NCBI GenBank assembly: GCA_002269645.1
Contig: NIVC01001037.1
Coordinates: 310,001-374,000, forward strand
DNA length: 64,000 nucleotides
Origin: Macrostomum lignano
Lineage: Eukaryota
Direction: 5' to 3'
The notes below the pieces were generated by a model, which was not told where the DNA came from, ran no database searches, and saw nothing but the letters and a program-made list of their open reading frames with translations. The position numbers and the translations under genes are program-made. Below are positions 38,224-51,525 of this stretch, piece after piece. Numbering within the stretch: position 1 is the stretch's first letter; each line of letters starts with the position of its first letter.

Positions 38224-40138
38224 GCTTGGCGTTTCAGTGTTTGTAGTTTGCCGAGTCCTACAACTTGCTATTTACCTGGCTGTGAGTATTCTATTAACCT
38301 CTGGTCAAGCCGGGGGAGATATACCCGAAAATGAGGCGCTCAGGAAATTTTTTAGCAGAAAACAAAAGAAATTCAAATTGCCGGAGTGGCACCTGTAGGC
38401 ACGGAATTAAGGGGAAGGGGAAGCAGCATTTGCGTGGGATTAAGCCGCGGCTTTCTACTCCAACCCGTTGCCAGGCGAGGACGCGAGAGACAAACTGCAG
38501 CGACACCAACCCCAACCCCCTCTCAACCGGTGAGGAGGAACAGGTGAAAAGGAAGGGATGAAGAAATTGAGGAAACCTTCTAGACCGCGTTGCCTACAGA
38601 GTCATGTGAGGTGCAGACACAAGTGGATGCTTAGGCAGGCTCACTCTGCCGTGCCCTTATACTCGCAGCGTCGGAGGGGGACGGGCGGGACACAGCAGCG
38701 CTCTTGGAGACTATTGTCTTTACAGTCAGAAACGCATGCAATGCAACCACTGAACGCCCTGACTGTGAGATGTCACAAGGCGCCAGCAAAACTTCAATAC
38801 AGAGGGAGATCAATAAATACCACCCGTGCCCCCTCCCTCTGGCCTACTCTGGTATGCTATTCACGAGTCAGCTGCATCCCTACCCCCTCTAAAAACCAGC
38901 TTCCTTTGCCGCATCATCTCCATCTCCTGCTCCAGCCTCTCCTTTAATATAGCTAAACTTTTGAATTCATCACGGGTCTTCTGCATGACGACTATTGTGC
39001 CAACCGGCGTCGGGAGCTGAGCGTGGAAAATTCCAGGAAAGTCTCAAAAAATTCCGTACCTGTAGACAGTGGCTGGGCTTGAGTTTCTGCTAAAGCTTTT
39101 TCTTTGTATGAAACGCTGAGACTTGTTAAACAATCGAATCAGGCAGCGTTGTTGTGAGTCCACACAGCTCTGAGTAAGCTGCCATACCTCAAAACTTTCA
39201 AGTTGTGAAGGCTAACATTGTTATAGTTCTTCTCATATATGCATGTGGGCAAAGGTCTTGCTGATTTCTTTCATTTAGACCTTTCGTTGTAAAAGCCTTT
39301 TGTGCATCGATTTTAGCAGTCAAAATCGATTTTAAGTACCGCTAAGTTACCGCTGTATTTCAATTTTAACTACTCATACCTGTCAGCTCTTGTCCAGCAT
39401 ATTTTACTTAGCATCCTGTGTCACCTTTGAATAATGCTTAAATCAACTGGGGACCCATCTAGGCGAGGTCGAAGTAGTCAAAGACCCCTGTAAAATATTA
39501 AAAAATACTTTATACGGCACCGAAGGAGCACTAAAATCTCCCATGTGCACCTAAAATCGTTCCGACACCTCTGCTTTTTGTACTTAAACTCATTAAAGAC
39601 TTTCGTTCAATTTTCTTAAATTGTTAAAGAACTCTACACAACTGCAGCGCTTGAATGCGAACTGAATTTCAGTCAGTTGTCGCAAGTTGCACCATGGAAT
39701 GCGGCAACCCTGTATGCTAGGTCATCTTTATTCTTAATCTTCATTACCTGTATGCGATGGTTTTTTCGCACGCGAAGAAAACATTTCTCACACTCAATTA
39801 GCCAAAACACAATAAACTGGCGTCAATCAAGACTAGTTTAACATTAAATAACCTTTCGGTTCAAACTCTAAATGGAAAGCTTGCAGATTTGTGTAGCAGA
39901 AATTGAGTGGCAGGTGATGATTGATGGCTAGCAGCAACTATGCGTCACAATGCGTCCAAAGGGGTTCTGCATTTGTGTCCAGACATTTTCAGGGCCGCGC
40001 GATGACTGGCTGAAGCCGGGCCTCCCGCGTGCTGCAGGGGTCACTAGTCATACAGGCTACTTAAGTAGCTTTCTGTTCTGGTAGAATTTTTTAAATTTTT
40101 CCTTAGAAAACCAATCTGAGTCCAGCTCTCAGCGAAAC

Positions 40139-41174
40139 ATGACGTCCAGCAGCAGCAGCAGCACAGAGCTCAAGCGCCTCCTAGGCATCGACGGTAGCGT
40201 TGAGATGACTGAAGACGACCTGACGCAGTGCATGGGAGTGTTCAAGCGATTCTCCTCGAACGACAGAATTCCAGTCTCAAAGCTCAAAGAGGCCTTCGAT
40301 GCTCTGCAACTCTACGTGAACGAGGTTTATTTTGAGGTAGTATTAATATTTTTAAATATGTTCTGGGGTGCTTGCTATCTGGGGGATGCTTGCTATCTGG
40401 GGGATGCTTGCTATCTGGGGGATGCTTGCTGTCTGGGGGATGCTTGCTGTCTGGGGGATGCTTGCTGTCTGGGGGATGCTTGCTATCTGGGGGATGCTTG
40501 CTATCTGGAGGATGCTTGCTATCTGGGGGATGCTTGCTATCTGGGGGATGTTTGCTTTCTGGGGGATGCTTGCTATCGGAGGATGCTTGATATTGGGGAG
40601 GCAAGAGGCTTTTTTAGAGGGAATGTCTGCTGTCTTTGTGAAGGCTTTATTTCGCTATCTTTTTGTTACTTGTAGAGAACAGAGATTCTATCCAGATGTC
40701 CCCCATCGGGGGGCGAAGATTGCTAGTAGACATCTAAAACTATAGTTTAAAGCTTTTTATACCCTAGAAATCCCTTTTTATATACACTTACATTCATTAC
40801 AATATGATTAGATATCATCATTGCAGATGCATATCGATTGTTTGATATTTCAGGAAATAGTCGACGCCCACCTTAAACGCGACGTGCAGTCTATGGAATT
40901 CTACGACTTCGCCAGCCTGGTGTGCTCAAAGAAGGCTAAAAAGCGCCGGAGCACTCACGCTGTGCTGTTCTCAATATTTGGCTTCCTGGACAAAGACCAG
41001 GACGGATTCATCGGCGCCCAGGAGCTCAAGGAGACCATGGACATGCTGGGAGAGATAGGCACAGACGAAAAGGTGAACAAGATGATCGGACAACTGGATA
41101 GAGGCGGTACTGGCAAGGTCAGCTATGAGGACTTTGTCATCATGCTCAGAAGGAGCATCGAGGAGCCGCTCTGA
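40139..41174 (+). CDS. Calmodulin-like EF-hand protein 1, 2 exons, 172 aa
   Basis: Exons 40139-40336 and 40854-41174 in frame. EF loops DKDQDGFIGAQE and DRGGTGKVSYED; the N-lobe loops are degenerate. Confidence 0.88.
40355..40726 (+). mobile_element. Helitron-like 3' fragment carrying an 18-bp minisatellite (copy 1)
   Basis: (atgcttgctatctggggg)n, then a shared spacer, a CCCCC/GGGGG hairpin at 40700-40713 and CTAG-T at 40723-40727. A second copy lies at 47745-48058. Confidence 0.6.
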
Positions 41175-42846
41175 CCTCATAGGGAATCCAGGTCTATAGC
41201 CTATCCTCGAAGTTCGAAACTGGCGAAAAAACTCAAGTTACTTACTAAATGTGTGCGAATACTAAACTTGACAAAATAATAATTTTTTCCACTAATAAAT
41301 ATACTATGAGCAAAACAGACGTTTGAGCAACTTGGTGTCATCCAAGTGAGAATGTGCCTCCGCGTTACCTTGATAAAATTATTTTTGATTTTTCTGGTAA
41401 AATACATGGCATCGTTGAGAACATTGAACCCTAACCCATAAGCATCAGAAATCAGAAATATTGTCGCCACAAATACCTCATCCCTTTGTATTTGGAACAG
41501 TAAAAATAGGAAAAACTGTCTTAAGATATGTATAGCCTTTTTATGCAACTGAAAAATATTCTAAGAATAGAAACAAATTTTGTCCTAAGCAGAAAAACAA
41601 TTACAGTCATTGTCATTCAGAATATCACGTCCATAGCTTTTTCATATTCAGTGGAAGTCCTGTACATCTACTTTGCGCTCCTCAAGCCCTGTGCTTAGAC
41701 AATCTCTTGCATCCATCTACGAGTACTTGGAAGTTCGAATGGTTTTGTGCCCGCTGGCATTAGGCCTTCTCCTTCGGATAGCCTTAGCCGTGCTGTAAGG
41801 CAGAGCGATTCGGCTGGTGGGGGGGCAATTTTCATTTGTTACTCACTTGAATTGGTTACGGCCATGCAGAGCAGAGTTAAAGATTGCCGAGACAAACTCG
41901 TTCCATTGTGTTCTTTGCAGCTCGCTACCACTCCAGCTCCTCGCACTGTCGAGTGCACACTCGGTCTGTGCGCACTGGGCAGCACATTCAGATAGAGATG
42001 AGAAAAGCAGAAAATATGTCCAGTCAAAATTGAGGTTGAGAAAGACTGTTCGACTCAAATAAAAACTTTTAGTTTGCCTGTTCCAGCAACCAGGATTCGC
42101 TTTCGATATCAAGTAAGGAGAGCGTCTCGAATACTGACGCAAAGCACAAATAAGTCGTGGAGTTGACGAAATTTTTCGTTCAGAAAGCGATTGACCTTTA
42201 TTAATTACAGGTGAGATTTTCATGCACGGTAGAGGTATAGTATAGTGACTTGTTGGCCTAGAGTAATTCGGTTCTATTAAAAAGCACCGAAATTACATTC
42301 CAATCCGGATCGATCATGGAGGGTACAAGTAAATAACAATGAAGCGGAACTACACGCCTTATCGTAAGACTTCCATTAAAACATTAAAGCATAAGCCTTG
42401 CATGACTAGATTGTACATAAGCTTGGATATGGGATTATAAATACGAGTTTCGCCTCACTGAAATCACCACGTTTGGATCCGATGTTTTAGTTTTAAAACT
42501 CCTCGATTTCTAAAGGACAGCCGGATAAAACCCTTTACGTACGCTAATTCATCCAGGAAATCTTATTGGCACCATCAAGAGACCCAGGAACTTCATCCAG
42601 ACACCCGCGCTAAGCAACCGTAGGAGATACATATAAGTAGACGAATAAACAACGGCATGCCCTATGCATACGTCGTATTTCTCTTTATTTCCTATTGATG
42701 TGAGTTGTACCTTAAGGATATGGGGTAAATAACTAAGGTAAATGAGGTAAATATAAGCCAAGGGAAATCGTACTCATACCAGCTGGTCAATTTGAATCTC
42801 ATGATCTACTTTAGACGATAGCGACTCCGCCTTCGGTTAGCAATTA

Positions 42847-45800
42847 ATGAGCTCGAAATCAGCTGGTTCAAATGGCGGCCAGAGCAACAGCGGCAGTGAG
42901 GACAGCGAGATCGACGACCTACCGGAGGTGCCGCCGATCCGTTCTACTCGACTCCGGCGCCTGAGCCGGCGGCCCAGCAGTCCTACGGCCCTGCGCGGTC
43001 GCTACAAGCCGCTGTCCAGATCGGCCAGCCTGACTGTGGCCGACTTCACTAGCCAATGGTGCGAAGTGTTTCGAATGTTCGACTCCAATCTGGACGGCGT
43101 TCTATCGGCCGACGAGCTCGGCGGAAAGATGCGCAATCTGGGGTACAATGTGACGCAGACCGAGGTTGAGGTAATTAATTATGTTAGTTGAGTTATTGGC
43201 TGTGTGTTCACAGGTGAGGACATTGCTCAGTTTTTAACACCGCAGCTGAAGAGTAAACCCGCCAGTAAATGGTCCTGGCCTTTTGCGAGTTTGAATTTAC
43301 CTTTTGGACACAGATTTGGAAGCTCATATACTTCCAAAATATCTTTATCTCCAGGGGTTTCTCCAAAGGTTTATCTCCAAAGTTTGCTGTCTACATGTGC
43401 ACTTCAAACGTTTCCAGTGGACTAATTGGTGTTTTTGGTAGAGACAAACGGTAAAAGAAACTTGCAATAAAGTGAAAAGTTCAAATGGTTTAGGCCTTTT
43501 GGTTCTAACGGTACGAGCGTATGTCCTAAAGAAATTATTGAAGGAGAAAAGTTTCTTCCTTCCTATATACTAAAAATGAGTTGTCTGTATGTATGTGGGT
43601 AGGTATGCGATAGATTTCAGAAAAAATGGCTCAATTGATTTTCTTCAAACTTGCACCATTCGATCAGAAATTTTCCTGGGACGGTACATGCATCTTGGCT
43701 AAGAAATTGCTCAATGATAAAGGGATTAAATATTCGAAAAACATGCTTTTTTGCAAAGGTCAAGCAGCTCTTTCGACCTGGAATGCATTGTAAGAATGCT
43801 AGAGAAAAAACTGACTGGCTGAATTCCGATTGTGATAAAGATTGCCTCACAACAAGTTGAAAACAGTGTCGAAGAAATGCACACACGACTTGATTAAAAT
43901 TGCGTAACCATATTGCTAACTTAAATTGAGACTGATACTGGCTGACTGAGAAATTGATTATGTCATAACTTTTTACTTCAATTGACTTGCTGTAAGAATT
44001 GAGTTATAAGGGCCACAATTCATGTTCTCCAATTGAAAAGAGATAGCCAAGATGCGAACAGACTGGAATGCTAACGTAGCGACCTGGGTTCGAATCTTAG
44101 TAGGGCAAAAAAGATTTTTTTTATTAAAACACCTTAAAAACACAAAACTTCTAAACATAAAAGAAGCGCAATGTCAAACATAGAAGAGCCACCATGTCGA
44201 ACATAAAAGAGCTAACATATCGAATATTAAAGAGCCACCATGTCAAACCTAAACGAGCCACCATGTCTAATATTTAAGAGGCACCATATAAAACATATAA
44301 GTGACTTTATGTCAAACATAAAAGAGCCACCATTTCGAACATTAAACAGCCACCATTTCGAGATTAAAGAGCCACCATTTCGAAAATAAAAGAGCCACTA
44401 TTTCGAACATTAAAGAGCCACCATTTCGAACATTAATTAAAGAGCCACCATGTCGACCATAAAAGAGCCACTATTTCGAACATCAAAGAGCCACTATGTC
44501 AAACATTTAGGAGCCACTTTTTCGAACATTAAAGAGCCACCATATCGAACATAAAAGAGCCACTATTTTAAACATTAAAGAGCCACCATTTCGAACATAA
44601 AAGAGCCACCATGTCTATCATTAAAGAGCCACCATGTCAAACATTCAAAAGCCACATTGTCAAACATTAAAGAGCCACTATGTCAAACATTTAGGAGCCA
44701 CTTTGTCGAACATTAAAGAGCCACCATGTCAAACATAAAAGAGCCAACATGTCAGACTTTAAAAAAGCCACCGTATCAAATATAAAAGAGTTACCATGTA
44801 GAACAAAAAAGAGCCACCATATTGAACAAAAACGAGCCACCATGTCAAACATAAAAGAGCCAACATATCGAATATTAAAGAGCCACTATTTCGAACAAAA
44901 GCGAGCCACCATGTCAAACATAAAAGAGCCAACATATCGAATATTAAAGAGCCACCATGTCGAACATTAAAGAGCTACCACGTCAAACCTAAACGAGCCA
45001 CCATGTCTAATATTTAAGAGGCACCATGTAAAACATCTAAGTGACTTTATGTCAAACATAAAAGAGCCACCATTTCGAACATTAAACAGCCACCATATCG
45101 AACATTAAAGAGCCACCATGTCGAAAATAAAAGAGCCACTATTTCGAACATCAAAGAGCCACTATGTTAAACATTTAGGAGCCACTTTTTCGAACATTAA
45201 AGAGCCACCATGTCAAACATAAAAGAGCCAACATGTCAAACATAAAAGAGCCAACATGTCAAACATAAAGAGCCACCATGTCAAACATTTAAGAGCCACC
45301 ATGTCAAACATATATGTGACTTTGTGTTAAACATTAAAGAGCTACCATTTCGAACATTAAAGAGCCACCATGTCAAACATGAAAGAGCTATAACATGAAG
45401 AATATTAAAGAGCCACCATGTCGAACATAAAAGAGCTGCCATGTAAAATAACAAAGAGCTACCAAGTTAAACATAAAAGAGCCACCATGTAAAACATTAA
45501 AGAGCCACCATGTGAAACATTAAAGAGCCACCATGTTAAACATTAAAGAGCCACCATGTTAAACATTTAAGAGCCTTCGTGTCAAACCTAGAAGAGCCAC
45601 CATGTCGAACATAACAGAGCTACCATGTCAAACATTAAAGAGCCACCATATCAAACATTCAAAAGCCACATTGTCAAACATTGAAGAGCCACTATGTCAA
45701 ACATTTAGGAGCCACTTTGTCGAACATTAAAGAGCCACCATGTCAAACATAAAAGAGCCAACATGTCAGACATTAAAAAAGCCACCGTATCAAATAAAAA

Positions 45801-48800
45801 AGAGTTAACATGTAGAACAAAAAAGAGCCACCATTTCGAACATAAAAGAGCCAACATGTCAAACATAAAGAGCCACCATGTCAAACATATATGTGACTTT
45901 ATGTCAAACATTAAAGAGCCACCATTTCGGACATAACAGAGCTACCATGTCAAACATTAAAGAGCCACCATGTCGAACATAAAAGAGCAACCATGTAAAA
46001 CATTAAAGAGCCACCATGTCAAACATTAAAGAGCCACCATGTCGAACATTAAAGAGCCACCATGTCGAATATTAAAGAGCCACCATGCCGAACATTAAAG
46101 AGCCACCATGTCGAACATTAAAAGTCACCATGCTAAACATTAAAGAGCCACCATATCAATCATAAAAGAGCCACCATGTCAAACCTAAAAGAGCCACCAT
46201 GTCGAAAATAAAAGAACCACTATTTCGAACACTAAAGAGCCACTATTTCGAAAATTAAAGATCCACCATGTCAAACATAAAAGAGCCAACATGTCAAACA
46301 TAAAAGAGCCAACATTTCAAACATAAAGAGCCACCATGTCAAACATTTAAGAGCCACCATGTCAAACATATATGTGACTTTGTGTCAAACATTAAAGAGC
46401 CACCATTTCGAACATTAAAGAGCCACCATTTCGAACATTAAAGAGCCACCATTTCGAACATTAAAGAGCCACCATGTCAAACATGAAAGAGCTATAACAT
46501 GAAGACTATTAAAGAGCCACCATGTCGAACATTAAAGAGCCACCATGTCGAACATTTAAGAGCCACCATGTTAAACCTAAAAGAGCCACCATGTTAAACC
46601 TAAAAGAGCCACCATGTTAAACCTAAAAGAGCCATCATGTCAAACCTAAAAGAGCCACCATGTCGAACACTTAAGAGCCACAATGTAAAATATTAAAGAG
46701 CCACCATTTTGAACATATAAGTGACTTTATGTCAAACATTAAAGAGCCACCATGTCAAACATTAAAGAGCCACCATGTAAAACAAAAGAGCCACCATTTC
46801 GAACATTAAAGAGCCACCATGTCAAACATTTAAGAGCCACCATGTTAAACATAAAAGAGCCACCATGTAGAATATTAAAGAGCCACTATGTTGAACATTA
46901 AACAGCCATCATGTCAAACCTAAAAGATCCACAATTTCGAACACTTAAGAGCCACAATGTAGAATATTAAAGAGCTACCATGTCAAACATTTAAGAGCCA
47001 CCATGTCAAACATTTAAGAGCCACCATGTAAAACATTAAAGAGCCACCATTTGAAACATTAAAGAGTCACCATGTCAAACATTTAAGAGCCACCATGTCA
47101 AACATTTAAGAGCCACCATGTCAAACCTAAAAGAGCCACCATGTCAAACCTAAAAGAGCCACCATGTCGAACATAAAAGAGCTATACCATGAAAAACATT
47201 AAAGAGCCACTTTCTCGAACATTAAAGAGCCACCATGTCAAACATTTAAGAGCCACCATGTCAAACCTAAAAGAGCCACCATGTCAAACCTAAAAGAGCC
47301 ACCATGTCGAACATAAAAGAGCTATACCATGAAAAACATTAAAGAGCCACTTTCTCGAACATTAAGGAGCCACCATGTCAAACATTTAAAAGCCACCTTG
47401 TCAAACATTAAATAGCCACTTTGTCGAACATTAAAGAGCCACTGTGTCAAACATAAAAGAGCCACTGTTTCAAACATAAAAGAGCCACCAGGTTAAACAT
47501 TAAAGAGCCACCATGTCAAACAATAAAGAGGCACCATGTCAAACATAAAAGAGCCACCATGTAAAACATAAAAGAGCCACCATGTCTGACATTAAAAAGC
47601 CATCGTTTCAAACATAAAACAGTTGCCATGTAGAACTTAAAACAGCCACCATGTCAAACATAAAATTTACACAATTTCAAACATAAAAGTAAGCGAATTT
47701 TAAAGGAGCCACTATAATTCTAAGGAAATTGTCGCACTAGCTACTTATTGTCTGGTGGATGCTTGCTATTTGGGGATGCTATCTATGTAGGGGATGCTTG
47801 CTATCTGGCGGATGCTTGCTATCTGGGGGATGCTTGCTATCTGGGGGATGCTTGCTATCTGGGGGTTGCTTGTAATCTGGAAGATGCTTGCTATCTGGGG
47901 GATGCTTGCTGTCTTGGGATGATTTCTTTTTGCATTGCACTTCCTTTGAGTATTTTGTCTGTTTTCTTTGTGAAGGCTTGTTTTGGCTATCTTTTTGTTA
48001 CTTGTAGAGAACAGAGGTTCTATACAGATGTCCCCCAAGGGGGGGCGAAGATTGCTAGTAAAGATCTGAAATTAAGCGCATATAGTGCTAAAATAAGATT
48101 GCAGCCTGTGAAACAAGCGACAACGGCAACGTGTAACTTTTACGAGATCAAAAAGTTCTAAAAGTAACCTCACAACTGTCTGTCTGAGTGAGGCTGCTGT
48201 CGACGTCGCTCTGCAGCCAAGTTGCATGCGCATAAAGATGTAGAAGCGAACACTGTCTTTTGATGGTTCAATCAGCTTCTGAAAAAACACATGGAAAATA
48301 TATGGCTGTGAAATTTGACTGGAGCACATTTGGAAGCCAAAAATGCATATAAATTAGCAAACAGATGTAGCCGCATAAGTGTAAGTTTTTGGATTTTGCC
48401 GATTCTATGACTAAAAGCTATAACAAGAGGTTGCAGAACTTTTTGACCACCTCTCGTATAGTCTGCGAATAGACTAGCTCGTAGATGAACTGCCACAGCT
48501 GAAGCTCCCATGAACTACAGCAGTAGGAAGTGGGTGTTTTCTATGAACTTCTTGTTTTAATTTTTTTAGCTAATTAGCATCACTGCCTAATAGCGCATCT
48601 GTTGAGAGATCTGAGTTAACAGTACTACTACAGTACTAGTACTGCACTTCTGACAGCCTCCTAAATAATTCAGCTGATGACTATATGGTAATTTATGATC
48701 TGATGAAGTCAAAACTGCACTAGACTGTCAGATTTCATTAAACTGAATCTCTCTGTACTCCCAACGCACCTTTGATACCAGGACCTAATTCATGAGTGGG

Positions 48801-49261
48801 ACAAGGATGATAAAGGCGCGCTGAGCCTCACGGAGTTCACTCTGATGATGAACAGCTCAAGATTTCAAGCGGGTACGGAATCGGCAGCTACGCAGCCGAG
48901 TTTTCTCAGCGACGGTGCTCGGGACACAAAGGAGCTGCTCGAATTGAAGGCCGCCTTCGACCTGTTCGATCGAGATAAAAACGGCTTCCTTGACGCTGGC
49001 GAGGTAAAAATAGCGCTGGAGCTGTTGGGAGAGAATCCCACCGATTCGGAGGTGGACTTCATCATGACGGAGGCTGACTCAGATCGGGACGGCGCCGTGA
49101 GCTTCCGTGAATTCTGCGACATTGTCCTGGGTCGCAGCCTCAGTCCGCGGTCTCCCTTCTACTTTCATAGGAGGGGCGCAAATCTGGCGCGATGGAAAGA
49201 GGAAGAGGACCGGGTTCGACTTGAGTATCAAACTGATCACCTGAGCGCCAGGACTGGGTAG
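42847..49261 (+). CDS. Calmodulin-like EF-hand protein 2, 2 exons, about 267 aa, with a 5.6-kb intron
   Basis: Exons 42847-43170 and 48782-49261 in frame. Four EF loops: DSNLDGVLSADE, DKDDKGALSLTE, DRDKNGFLDAGE, DSDRDGAVSFRE. Ser/Arg-rich N-terminal extension. Confidence 0.88.
43561..43900 (+). mobile_element. Possible Helitron 5' end
   Basis: TCCTATATACTAAAAATGAG followed by gtctgtatgtatgt and ...tgattttcttcaaacttg, a layout I associate with non-autonomous animal Helitron 5' ends. The preceding base is T, not the usual A. Confidence 0.4.
44040..44105 (+). mobile_element. tRNA-derived (Ser-GCT-like) remnant
   Basis: tagccaagatg...tggaatgctaac...gggttcgaatc; B box present, no intact cloverleaf. 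Confidence 0.3.
44160..47690 (+). repeat. 3.5-kb degenerate 23-bp satellite, about 150 units, intronic
   Basis: Unit aaagagccaccatgtc(g/a)aacat(t/a); 23-bp period checked at 46031/46054. Confidence 0.98.
47745..48058 (+). mobile_element. Helitron-like 3' fragment carrying an 18-bp minisatellite (copy 2)
   Basis: Same 18-bp unit and spacer as 40355-40726; hairpin at about 48032-48045, CTAG at 48055-48058 followed by T. Confidence 0.6.
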
Positions 49262-50635
49262 GCTAGGACGATTGTTGGGCCAGCTAGGGTAGGAGGGTAG
49301 CAGGTGTTTTATTTTCAGAGTTAACTATAATATTCATTTCAAGTTTTTCCTCCATCGCGACCAACTGTAAATTGTAAATGGCAGTATATGTACTGAAAGA
49401 GTTATTAAATCATGCGCTTCGAATAAATTACATTGGGTAAAGTGCTCGTAATCTAACATGTATTTTTTATTGCTGCTAGCTCAAATTTTTGTACTGAACA
49501 GGCAGTTGTATGAATTCTAGATTTGATTGCACTTTACTGTCTTTTGGAATATATATGTGGTTATTGCAGAGTATTTGAATACATGAAAATGCGTCTTAAA
49601 AGTATCACCTAAATTTATAGCCCTAATTTAAACCATGCGTGTACTACTAGCGTACTTAAAATCTACGAAGCTCAGAAAGTTTTTTTAGATATTCTCAAAT
49701 GTAGCTACTCTCCATAAGTCATATATAACAAACACTTGGAACATACATACTTCCAAAAATATGCTATGCTTACATGCAACATTGTAGACTACTACATTGT
49801 ATCATACGAGCTACTTGTAAATGCAGCTCACCTATACATGTACGTAAAGTGCATACATGCAAACATCGAGCAAACTGTTTGGAATCTCCTTAGCTTCTTT
49901 CGATCATCTTTATTATATTTCTCAACGGGACTCTCATAATTATTACTAGGCCGAACTACTTCCGAATAGGGCGCAGAAGAGAATTTTAGTAATCTAGTTT
50001 GCCTTTAAAGCCGATTGAGCTTGAAGTTTGGTAGCATGTTTGGTAGAAAGACAGCCATCGATTCAGCTGCAATATCTAATTATCTTCTGACTTTCTAAAC
50101 AATCCGCTGCTTTTAGTTTCTTTTAAAGTTATATCGCAAGCAGATATTAACAAAACTCGGGTAATTTATGAAGCCAGGATGGTTAAAAATGGAAGAACCT
50201 CTGTCGCAGAATGCTAAATACCTTTTTAAATGTTTTACTCGTGGTATTTAAATGACATTTAAATAAATTTTAAACAACTATAAGCGTGCAGTCTTAACAC
50301 TTTAAGCTAGCACGATCAGCATGTTTGTCATGAATGCATTTCACATTCGATTGTACTTTGCTATGATTATATTATTTTTTCAATAATTTGTGTTTTATGT
50401 CACGACTTCGGTAAATTTTAATTTTAATTTAATAAGTTTTAGATTATTTTGTCAGGTTTATATTTTTAAAATGACTATTGCTATTATTAATATAATTTTT
50501 GTGTCTTCGTTTTATTTCTTTTCATTACTTTTATCTGCAGTCTTTGTCATACAAAATGCAGATCTATAAAAGTTTTAAAAGAAAACTACCATTGTGGAAT
50601 TTTTGGCTTCATTTTTGCAAAGCCTAGAAATTTAT

Positions 50636-50811
50636 CAGTGGTAGATTTAGGGGGGGGGGGGCAAAGTGCACACACCCCCACTTAGAATTTTTATATTTTT
50701 ATGGAATATACATTATTTTGTACATATACATGTAAATGATAATATGATATACATATACATGTACCTTAGAAATCTGGACCCCCTGTTCATAATTTTATAG
50801 ATCCACACCTG
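50636..50811. mobile_element. 176-bp hAT-type MITE
   Basis: CAG...CTG termini with imperfect TIRs (cagtggtagatttag / atagatccacacctg); exact 8-bp TSD AAATTTAT at 50628-50635 and 50812-50819. Confidence 0.75.
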
Positions 50812-51299
50812 AAATTTATTGGCATAGCCATAAGCTTTTATGACTAATGATTGACTAATGACTAATGATATTATGTCAGATTTGTTAGATTACTTATTTC
50901 TTTTTTAAACTCTTCCAAAATTATGTTATGTTTGCTACAATTGAAACATATTTTAATTAAATATTAGGCCTCGTTTTTTTAGACAATTTGATTATTAAGA
51001 GTGTTCTACATTGAATTAAAGTTTGATTTTTTTATTTTATAGATTATTTTTTTGTTAGGATACCTTTCTGATTCTGGTTCTTTTACCAATAAGAGTCCCA
51101 TGGAAGTGTGGATCTGATTTTTGAACCATGGTATTCTTTAGAGGTATGGATCTTGGCTGGGGCTCTATAGGAAGTTTGTAAATTTTAGTTGACTCTGGTG
51201 TGCTTCTAGGGTCTAGATGTCTAGTTCTCTAGTGATCTTAGAATATGGGACTTATTGATGATGTGATTCATCAATTCAGCAATCATTGGTGTGTTTCTA

Positions 51300-51525
51300 G
51301 AGTATGGGACTTACTGGTGTGGTTCTGGAGTGTGGGACTTACTGGTGTGGTTCTGGAGTGTGGGACTTACTGGTGTGGTTCTGGAGTGTGGGACTCACTC
51401 GTGTGGTTCTGGAGTGTGGGACTCATTGGTTTGGTTCTTTATTATTGGACTTATTGATGTGGTTCTTTAGTGTGGGACTTATTAGTGTGGTTCTGGAGTG
51501 TGGGACTTACTGGTTTGGTTCTTTA
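51300..51525 (+). repeat. 28-bp minisatellite, about 8 copies
   Basis: Unit ggagtgtgggacttactggtgtggttct. Confidence 0.9.
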
